NCBI GenBank assembly: GCA_041499545.1
Contig: JBGQKK010000003.1
Coordinates: 1 to 32,765, forward strand
Source of the DNA: Gammaproteobacteria bacterium
GTDB taxonomy: Bacteria > Pseudomonadota > Gammaproteobacteria > Burkholderiales > SG8-39
DNA: 32,765 nt
Direction: 5' to 3'
Made by a program: the position numbers and the translations under genes
Notes under the pieces: model-generated
Databases searched by the model: none
What the model saw: only the letters and a program-made list of their open reading frames with translations
What the model was told of the DNA's origin: nothing
Shown here: in pieces, positions 25,873 through 32,765 of the stretch
Position numbering within the stretch: the first letter of the stretch is position 1
How the letters are laid out: every line of letters begins with the position of its first letter

Positions 25873-28800
25873 GACGTCGCCGGTAAGGTGAAGTGAATCA
25901 CTCCGCACGGGCCGGCCTCGGCCCAGATGCGGCCTCCGTGCGCCTCGACGATCGAGCGGCTAATGCGCAATCCCATGCCCAGGCCGTCCTGCTTGGTCGT
26001 GTAAAACGGCTCGAAGATCTTCTCGGCGACGTCCGGGGCTATGCCGCGCCCGGTGTCGGTCACCGTGATCCGGATCGAGCCGTTCTCGGCCCGAGTACGA
26101 ATGGCGACCGTGCCTTCGCCTGCGCCGCCGGCACGGACCGCCTCGATGCCGTTGCTCACGAGGTTCACCAGCACGTGCTCGATGCTGAGCGCGGAGGCCA
26201 TGACCTTGGGCAGCGTATGGGCGAGATCGAACTCGAGCCTGACGTTGCGCGCCCGCGCGTCTGCGGCGAGAAGGCCGAAGGCCTGGCGTGCGAGCGCGTT
26301 GGCGTCCATCGGCTCTTTTTGCAGCTCGCCCTTGGTGAGGAACGAGCGCAGCTCGCGGATGACCTTGCCGGCGCGCTGCGCCTGCGTCGAGATCTGCTCG
26401 AGGTTCCGCGCGAGGTTGTCCGACGAAACGTCGCCCGCGCGCAGCTTGTCCAGGCAGGCGTCGCTGTAGCCGGCGATCGCTGCAAGCGGCTGGTTGAGCT
26501 CGTGTGCGAGCGCGGTCGCAAGCTCGCCCGCGGTATGCAGCCGGTGCATGTGCGCGAGCTCGGCGAGGCGCTGGCGCGCCTCGTCCTCGGCGAGGCGCTG
26601 CTCGGTGATGTCGATGCCGGTGCGGATGATGTATTCCACCCGGCCCGCGCCGTCGTGCAGGACATTGTTCGACCAGGCGATGAGCCGCCGGGTGCCGTCC
26701 GCGCGCTGCCAGGCGCTTTGGGTTCGGTTGGGACCGCCCCCCGCCGCCAGCTCGGCGAAAGTCCGCCTGACATTCCTGACGTCCTCCGGGTGGAGCAGCA
26801 GGTCGAACACGCTCGTGCCCTGAACCTGCTCGAAGCTGCGGCCGGAAGCTTCTTCGCATGCGCGGTTGAAGCGCACCACCACCCCGTCTCGGTCGGTCAC
26901 CATCACGAGGGCTGGCATGGTCGCCAGCACTTCGGAAACGAAGTTGCGTTCGGCCAGCAGCTTCGCGTCGGCGTCTTCGCGAACATGCACCTCCGCCGCC
27001 AGCTCCGACGTCCGTTCCGCCACGCGCTCCTCGAGCGTGCCCGCGAGCCGGCGCAGCTCCGCCTCGAGGTTTTTCAGCGGCGTCACCTCGGTAAAGGCCA
27101 CGACCACGCCCTCGATCCGGTTGTCGAGCGTGCGGTACGGGGTGATGCGCCTGAGGTACCAGTGGCCGTCCTCGCTGCGGACTTCCTTCTCGCGCGCGGC
27201 AAGCTCGCCGATCACCGCGTCCACGTCACCGTGCAGCTCCGGGTCGGCGAAGCGCGCGACGATGTCCCCGATCGGCCGCCCTATGTCGCCCGGGATGAGC
27301 TTGAACAACCGCGTTGCGGCGGCACTGAAGCGCTTGATCCGGTAGTCCGCACCGAGGAACAGCGTCGCGATGTCCGCGCTGGACAGCAGGTTGGCGAGAT
27401 CGTTGTTCGTGGACTCCAGCTCTTCGAGCTTTTCCTGGAGCTGGCTGTTCACGGAGTTCAATTCCTCGTTGAGCGACTGCAGCTCCTCTTTCGAGGTTTC
27501 GAGCTCCTCGTTGGCCGATTGCAGCTCCTCGTTCATCGACATCGCCTCCTCGTTGGAGGCCTTCAGCTCCTCGTTGGCGCTCTCCAGCTCCTCGATCGCG
27601 CTCTGCAGCTCCTCGCGCGTGCTCTTCAGCTCGAATTCGAGCTGCTTGACGGTGCCTTCCTCGGCGCGGCTCGAAGCCGCCTTTGCGGCGGTCCGCTTTT
27701 GCTTCGATTCGTCCTCGAAGGTGACGAGCAGCAGCTCCTCTCCTCCCCGCGGCCCGCGCACCGGACGCGCGCCGACCCGCACCGTGACGGTGCTGCCGTC
27801 GCGCTTGACGCCCGGTGCGCTCAGAACCACCCTTCGGCCTTGCCGGCGTGTCTCCTGGACGGCGGCGCGGACGCGCGGCCGGAGCCCCTCGCGCGCGAGC
27901 GCGATCAGGTCGAGCGTCGGCGCGCCGCCCGGCTGCCTCAGGTACCGGTGAGTGGGCCCGTGGAAATACAGGATCTCGTAGTTTCGATTGATCAGCGCTG
28001 CGGCGGGCGCGTAGTCCTCGAGCAGCAAGCCCCTCGCTAGTTCCGCAACGCCGGCCGCCGGCGCGGGGGATGCAGACGCCTGCCCCGGGCGGAGCTCATC
28101 GCCCGAGCGGCCGGCCTGAATCGGAAATTCCATGCGCCCGCGCCGGGACGCCGCGGCACCGCCCCCGCGGCGGCGATAGATACGCCATTTCTTCGAGACC
28201 GGCTCGAACAGGTCGATCTCCCGGCCTACCGTCTCGGATGGCCCGAGCGCGAGGAAACCGCCTTCCCGGAGCGCGAAATGCAGCAGCAGCACCACTTTCC
28301 GCTGCACTTCGGGCTCGAGGTAGATGAGGAGATTGCGGCAGCTGATCAAGTCGAGCTTGGAAAACGGAGCGTCGCGCAGGATATCTTGCGACGCGAACAG
28401 CACCGAGTCGCGCACCTGCTTGTTCACCTGGTAGGTGTGATCGTCGAGCCGGACGAAGAAGCGGCTGGTCCGCTCGTCGCCCACCTCGGCGAGCTCGCTG
28501 GCGGTGTAGACGCCGCGGCGCGCGAACGCCAGCGCGCTCTCGTCGATGTCCGTGGCGAAGATCTGCAGCGGCCAGGTCTTTTGTGTCGCCGCGATCTGCT
28601 CGATGAACAGCATGGCGATCGAATAGGCTTCTTCGCCTGTAGCGCAGCCCGGCACCCAGATGCGCAAGGGCGTATCGGCGACTTTCTCCTGCAGCAGTTC
28701 CGGAACCACCTGTGCCTCGAGCACCCGGAACATCTCGCGGTCGCGGAAGAAATTCGTCACGCTAATGAGCAGGTCCTGCGACAGCAGCTTCAGCTCTTCG

Positions 28801-29720
28801 GGCCGGTCGCGCAGCAGTTTCGCGTAGTCGGCGAGGCGCTCGATGCGGCTGAGCCCCATGCGGCGCTGCACGCGCCGCAGCAGCATCCCCTTGCGGTAGG
28901 AACGGAAGTCGAACTTGGTGCGCGTGCGCAGCAGCGCCAGGATCGGGGTGAGGTCGGGAGAAACGCTCGCCGGCGCGATGCCGGGCTGGCCCGGAGGAAC
29001 GAAGTGCCTCACGTACTTGATCAGCGCCGCCGGCATCTCCTCGACCGGAAGGACGAAGTCGGCGAGGCCCGAGGCGACCGCGCTGCGCGGCATGGCGTCG
29101 TACTCGGCCGATCGGGGCTCCTGGACCATGGCCATGCCGCCGTTCGCCTTGATCGCCTTCAAGCCCAGCGTGCCGTGGGACCCCGTGCCGGAGAGGATGA
29201 TGCAGAGCGCGCGCTCCTGCTGGTCTTCCCCCAGCGAGCGCAGAAAGATGTCGAGCGACGTATGCACGGCGCTGGGCTCCAGCGGATCGGACAAGGACAA
29301 AATGCCGTCCTTGATGCGCATGTACTTGTTCGGCGGCACCACATAGACGTGATCGGGTTGCACCCGGACGCCCTCGGCGGCCTCGCTGACGGCCATCGCG
29401 GTCTGCTTCTCGAGCAGCGGCACCATGTAGCTCTCGTGTCGGCGATCGAGGTGCGGCACGAGAACGAAGGCGATGCCGCTGTCGGCCGGCATGGCGTGGA
29501 AGAATCTCTTGAAAGCATCCAGTCCGCCGGCGGAGGCGACCATGCCGACCACGGCGAGCGCGGTGCTCGTCCCCGGGCCGTGCTGCAAATCCTGCTGGGA
29601 CGCGGCGAGGTGAACGGCCGGCGCGGCGGCGCGGCGCCCCGCGTCCGGAGGCGGAACGGCGAGCCGGGAGCGCGCGCGGCCGGCCCCTTTCGCGCGCTGG
29701 GTCGGCCTGGGCTTGTTCAT
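25869..29720 (-). CDS. CheB-CheR-coiled coil-PAS-PAS-histidine kinase fusion (1283 aa)
   Basis: CheB ASAGGL/VPHL/ILSGTGSHG; CheR ISVTNFFRD, WVPGCATGEEAYS, ATDID, DLISCRNLLIY; EEL heptads; PAS domains; H-box LAHELNQPL; N, G1, F and G2 boxes. Confidence 0.93.
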   Translation of the reverse strand: MNKPRPTQRAKGAGRARSRLAVPPPDAGRRAAAPAVHLAASQQDLQHGPGTSTALAVVGMVASAGGLDAFKRFFHAMPADSGIAFVLVPHLDRRHESYMVPLLEKQTAMAVSEAAEGVRVQPDHVYVVPPNKYMRIKDGILSLSDPLEPSAVHTSLDIFLRSLGEDQQERALCIILSGTGSHGTLGLKAIKANGGMAMVQEPRSAEYDAMPRSAVASGLADFVLPVEEMPAALIKYVRHFVPPGQPGIAPASVSPDLTPILALLRTRTKFDFRSYRKGMLLRRVQRRMGLSRIERLADYAKLLRDRPEELKLLSQDLLISVTNFFRDREMFRVLEAQVVPELLQEKVADTPLRIWVPGCATGEEAYSIAMLFIEQIAATQKTWPLQIFATDIDESALAFARRGVYTASELAEVGDERTSRFFVRLDDHTYQVNKQVRDSVLFASQDILRDAPFSKLDLISCRNLLIYLEPEVQRKVVLLLHFALREGGFLALGPSETVGREIDLFEPVSKKWRIYRRRGGGAAASRRGRMEFPIQAGRSGDELRPGQASASPAPAAGVAELARGLLLEDYAPAAALINRNYEILYFHGPTHRYLRQPGGAPTLDLIALAREGLRPRVRAAVQETRRQGRRVVLSAPGVKRDGSTVTVRVGARPVRGPRGGEELLLVTFEDESKQKRTAAKAASSRAEEGTVKQLEFELKSTREELQSAIEELESANEELKASNEEAMSMNEELQSANEELETSKEELQSLNEELNSVNSQLQEKLEELESTNNDLANLLSSADIATLFLGADYRIKRFSAAATRLFKLIPGDIGRPIGDIVARFADPELHGDVDAVIGELAAREKEVRSEDGHWYLRRITPYRTLDNRIEGVVVAFTEVTPLKNLEAELRRLAGTLEERVAERTSELAAEVHVREDADAKLLAERNFVSEVLATMPALVMVTDRDGVVVRFNRACEEASGRSFEQVQGTSVFDLLLHPEDVRNVRRTFAELAAGGGPNRTQSAWQRADGTRRLIAWSNNVLHDGAGRVEYIIRTGIDITEQRLAEDEARQRLAELAHMHRLHTAGELATALAHELNQPLAAIAGYSDACLDKLRAGDVSSDNLARNLEQISTQAQRAGKVIRELRSFLTKGELQKEPMDANALARQAFGLLAADARARNVRLEFDLAHTLPKVMASALSIEHVLVNLVSNGIEAVRAGGAGEGTVAIRTRAENGSIRITVTDTGRGIAPDVAEKIFEPFYTTKQDGLGMGLRISRSIVEAHGGRIWAEAGPCGVIHFTLPATS
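27415..27635 (-). repeat. Degenerate 21-bp coding periodicity (EEL heptad coiled coil)
   Basis: Recurrent 'agctcctcg' on the + strand encodes REELQSAIEELESANEELKASNEEAMSMNEELQSANEELETSKEELQSLNEEL. Confidence 0.8.
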
Positions 29721-29741
29721 CGGAACCAGCCTAGGACAGGC

Positions 29742-30395
29742 TCAGGCACTGTCCCTGTCCGGGTCGTCGACCAGCCGGTGGTGGATGGCGTAGCGAATGA
29801 GCTCGGCGGGGTTGCTCATATTCATTTTCTGCATGATGCGCGCCTTGTGCGTGCTCACCGTCTTCACCGAGAGGTTGAGCTCCGCAGCGATGTCCGACAC
29901 GGCCTTGCCGGAGACCAGCTCCCGGAACACCTGGAATTCGCGATCGGAGAGCGCCGCGTGCGGGGGGCCGTCGGTTTGCGGCATCGCGCCGAGGGCGAGC
30001 TGCTGCGCCACCGAGTCGGTGATGAAGGCGCCGCCGGCCGCGACCTTGCGGATCGCCGAGACGAGCTGCGCCGAGGCGCTGTCCTTGGTGAGATAGCCGG
30101 AGGCGCCGGCCTTGATCGCGCGCACCGCGTACTGCTCCTCCTCGTGCATGCTGAGCACGAGGACGCGCAGCTTGGGTTTTTCCGCGCGCACCTGCTTGAT
30201 GAGCTCGATGCCGCTCCTTCCAGGCATCGACATGTCGAGCAGGAGCACGTCGAAGTCGAGGGCGCGCACCCGCTCGAGCACCTCGTGCCCGTTCTGCGCC
30301 TCCCCGATCACCGACAGATCCGATGCCGCGGAGAGGAGTTGCTTGAGACCCTCCCGGACGATCGTATGGTCGTCGGCGACGACGATGCGGATCAT
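29742..30395 (-). CDS. NarL/UvrY-family response regulator
   Basis: MIRIVVADDH, LLDMSMPG, VLSMH.E.QYAVRAIKAGASGYLTK, LSDREFQV, LSVKTVSTHK. ATG at 30395 overlaps the kinase stop. Confidence 0.93.
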   Translation of the reverse strand: MIRIVVADDHTIVREGLKQLLSAASDLSVIGEAQNGHEVLERVRALDFDVLLLDMSMPGRSGIELIKQVRAEKPKLRVLVLSMHEEEQYAVRAIKAGASGYLTKDSASAQLVSAIRKVAAGGAFITDSVAQQLALGAMPQTDGPPHAALSDREFQVFRELVSGKAVSDIAAELNLSVKTVSTHKARIMQKMNMSNPAELIRYAIHHRLVDDPDRDSA

Positions 30396-31708
30396 GGCTT
30401 GGCCGCCTCCGGCTCCAGGGGAATCGACACCTCGATGCTCGTGCCGCGGCCAGGCTCGCTCGCGATGCGCGTCTCCCCCCCCAGCAGGACGGTGCGCTCG
30501 CGCAGGCCGAGCAGGCCGTAGGTCTTGTGCGTGCGCGCCTCGGCGGGGCTGAATCCCAGCCCGTCGTCCCGCACGGTGAGCTTCAGGACGCCGTCGGTCC
30601 GCTCGAGGGCGATCTCGACCCGCCTGGCCTTGGCGTGCCGCGCCACGTTGGTGAGCGATTCCTGCAGAATGCGGTACAGGGCGCTTGCGCGCGGTTCCGC
30701 GAGCTCGAGATCGGGCGGGTCGATCTGCAGAGCGCAGGAGATTCCGGTCCGCTCGCTGAAGTTCTGCGCGAGCCACTCGGTCGCCGGGACTAGGCCGAGG
30801 TCGTCGAGCATCAAGGGCCTCAGGTCCGCCGAAATGCGCCGTGTCGCGGCCACCGTGGCGTCGAGCTGCGCCTGCATCGTGTCGAGCTTGTCGGCGAGCG
30901 AGGGCGCGCCCGCCGAGAGGTTTCCCTGCATCCAGGCCACGTCCATCTTGAGCGCGGTGAGAGACTGTCCCAGCTCGTCGTGGATCTCCCGGGCGATGCG
31001 GCGCTGCTCCTGTTCCCTGACCGTGTGCGCGGCGACCGAAAGTTCGCGCAGCTCCTCCCGGGACCGCCTGAGCTCCTCGTCCGCCTGCACGCGCTTGGTC
31101 ACGTCGCGCAGGATCACGGTGAAGAGCTTTCTCCCGTTCTCGACGTGCTGGGAGATCGACGCCTCGATCGGAAATTCCTCTGCGCTCGCGCGCAATCCGT
31201 AGAGCACGCGCGGATCGCCCATGCGCCGCGAGCTCGTGCCGCTCAGGCTGAACTGCTCGAGGTGGCTGCGGTGGGCGGCGCGCAGGCGCTGCGGGATGAG
31301 CGTGTCGAGCGGCCGCCCCAGGACGGCGGCGCGGGGCCAGAGAAACACCTTTTCGGCCGCTTGGTTGTAGAGCACGATGCGCTGCGATTCGTCCACCGAA
31401 ATGATCGCGTCCATCGCCGAATGGACGAGGTCGCCGACCCGGGCTTCGGCGCTTTGCAGCGCGGTGTCGGCCGCCCTGCGCTCGTCGGTTTGCCGGTAGA
31501 AGAGCACGACCGCGAGCAGCATCACCAGCGCGCCGACGACGGTGGCGACCGCGTACATTTCGTGCCGGTAAAAGCCGAAAAGGCCGGCGGCGAGCGCGAG
31601 CAGGACGGTGAAGACCCCGAGCGCGAGCACCGGCCCGAAGATGATCAGCAGCCTGCCCCGGACGTACCGGCCGTTGCCGTTAGGCAACGCGTCGTCGGGT
31701 ATTCTCAT
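30392..31708 (-). CDS. Membrane PAS sensor histidine kinase (HisKA_3)
   Basis: Two closely spaced TMs, PAS domain, IAREIHDELGQSLT, LRP.MLDDLGL, RILQESLTNVARH, DDGLG, GLLGLRER. Probable ATG at 31708 (MRIPDD). Confidence 0.9.
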   Translation of the reverse strand: MRIPDDALPNGNGRYVRGRLLIIFGPVLALGVFTVLLALAAGLFGFYRHEMYAVATVVGALVMLLAVVLFYRQTDERRAADTALQSAEARVGDLVHSAMDAIISVDESQRIVLYNQAAEKVFLWPRAAVLGRPLDTLIPQRLRAAHRSHLEQFSLSGTSSRRMGDPRVLYGLRASAEEFPIEASISQHVENGRKLFTVILRDVTKRVQADEELRRSREELRELSVAAHTVREQEQRRIAREIHDELGQSLTALKMDVAWMQGNLSAGAPSLADKLDTMQAQLDATVAATRRISADLRPLMLDDLGLVPATEWLAQNFSERTGISCALQIDPPDLELAEPRASALYRILQESLTNVARHAKARRVEIALERTDGVLKLTVRDDGLGFSPAEARTHKTYGLLGLRERTVLLGGETRIASEPGRGTSIEVSIPLEPEAAKP

Positions 31709-31714
31709 CGGGAT

Positions 31715-31728
31715 TTGACCCACGTCAA
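31715..31728 (+). promoter_or_regulatory. FNR box upstream of hemN
   Basis: TTGAC-CCAC-GTCAA, a perfect palindrome extending to TTTGAC..GTCAAA. CATAGT -10-like hexamer at 31750-31755 gives about -41 geometry. Confidence 0.85.
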
Positions 31729-31799
31729 ACTTTCCGGGCTTGCCGGCTCCATAGTGACGCATGGTCGAACTGCTCGTCCGGCCCCATGCCGAACAATTC

Positions 31800-32765
31800 A
31801 TGTCTTCCGATCTCGTCGTCGATCCCGAGCTGATCCGGAAGTACGGAGGGAGCGGGCCGCGCTACACGTCCTACCCGACCGCCGACCGGTTCGTCGAGGC
31901 ATTCAATTCGGCGGCATACGGACATTGGCTCGCAAACCGCAATGTCGGAGGAGAGGTTAGACCGCTTGCATTATACGTACACCTGCCGTTCTGCGACACG
32001 ATCTGCTATTACTGCGCCTGCAACAAGATCATCACCAAGGATCACGGTCGCTCGGCCAAGTACCTGAAACACCTGGGCCGGGAAATCCGGCTCACCGCGG
32101 CCTGCCTCGGCGAGGACCGCGCGGTGGGGCAGATGCACTGGGGCGGCGGCACTCCGACCTTCCTGAGCGAGGCCGAGCTCTCGGAGCTGATGGAGATCAT
32201 CCGCTCCGAATTCAAGCTCGACCCCTCGGGCGAGTACGCGATCGAGGTCGATCCGCGCAAGGTCGGCGCCGAGAAGATCGCGCTGCTCGGGCGGCTCGGA
32301 TTCAACCGCCTGAGCCTGGGCGTGCAGGACTTCAACCCCGAGGTGCAAAAGGCCGTGCACCGCGTGCAGTCCATCGACGAGTCGATGCAGGTCGTTCTCG
32401 CCGCGAGGCGCAACGGGTTCAAGTCGGTCAACATCGACCTCATCTACGGCCTGCCCAAGCAGAGCGTGGCGAGCTTCGCGCGCACGCTCGACACGGTGAT
32501 CGAGAGCGACCCGGACCGGATCGCGCTCTACTCCTACGCCCACCTGCCGACGGTGTTCAAGCCGCAGCGGCGCATCGCCGAGGCCGACCTGCCGCATCCC
32601 GAGGAAAAGCTCGCCATCCTCATCGGCTCGATCGAGCGGCTGCAGGCCGCCGGCTACCTCTACATCGGCATGGACCATTTCGCCAAGCCCGGCGACGATC
32701 TCGCCGTGGCGCAGCGCCAGGGACGGCTCACGCGCAACTTCCAGGGCTACTCGAGCGTAGGCGAC
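31800..32765 (+). CDS. hemN: Oxygen-independent coproporphyrinogen III oxidase, 3'-truncated by the window edge
   Basis: Absent from the ORF track because there is no stop; translated by hand: GPRYTSYPTA, LYVHLPFCDTICYYCACNK, HWGGGTPT, FNRLSLGVQDF, DLIYGLP, IGMDHFA, RNFQGYS. Alternative in-frame ATG at 31761. Confidence 0.96.
   Translation, partial: MSSDLVVDPELIRKYGGSGPRYTSYPTADRFVEAFNSAAYGHWLANRNVGGEVRPLALYVHLPFCDTICYYCACNKIITKDHGRSAKYLKHLGREIRLTAACLGEDRAVGQMHWGGGTPTFLSEAELSELMEIIRSEFKLDPSGEYAIEVDPRKVGAEKIALLGRLGFNRLSLGVQDFNPEVQKAVHRVQSIDESMQVVLAARRNGFKSVNIDLIYGLPKQSVASFARTLDTVIESDPDRIALYSYAHLPTVFKPQRRIAEADLPHPEEKLAILIGSIERLQAAGYLYIGMDHFAKPGDDLAVAQRQGRLTRNFQGYSSVGD

Noticed and set aside
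27415-27635. Periodic 'agctcctcg' repeats as a CRISPR or tandem array
   Set aside because: The 21-bp period is explained by the coding heptad coil. There are no conserved repeats with unique spacers and no cas genes.
29742-31708. Calling this pair narXL because nar genes are nearby
   Set aside because: The kinase has only a short loop between TMs, no periplasmic nitrate-binding P-box or HAMP domain, and carries a PAS domain instead.

Overview
A GC-rich, gene-dense window, probably betaproteobacterial (inferred from gene content and protein style), that reads as one low-oxygen/anaerobic respiration island. From left to right: the end of a respiratory nitrate reductase operon (narH partial, narJ, narI, PpiC-type isomerase); a doubly deleted FabG-like remnant; a minus-strand operon (B12 radical-SAM/DUF4070, SirB2-like, nnrS, lipoprotein cytochrome c); a delta-9-type desaturase; a USP-HPF-BCAM0308-mgtA operon divergent from a P-type ATPase plus Pat-type acetyltransferase; an MFP/ABC exporter; a MenA-like prenyltransferase; a hemerythrin-like protein; fnr; a stand-alone receiver; a LOV-GGDEF; a CheB-CheR-PAS-kinase fused sensor with a FixJ-like regulator; a PAS/HisKA_3 kinase with a NarL-family regulator; and hemN (partial). 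Five FNR boxes (TTGAN-N4-NTCAA) lie at operon starts, four with class II (about -41.5) geometry. The best leads are a glutamine-less LOV diguanylate cyclase, a possibly self-methylating CheB(D->H)-CheR-FixL-type kinase, a FixL-like heme-PAS placed on a different kinase class, and an FNR-boxed HpnP-like radical SAM operon with nnrS. I found no RNA genes, CRISPR arrays or mobile elements. All family assignments come from motif recognition, not database searches.
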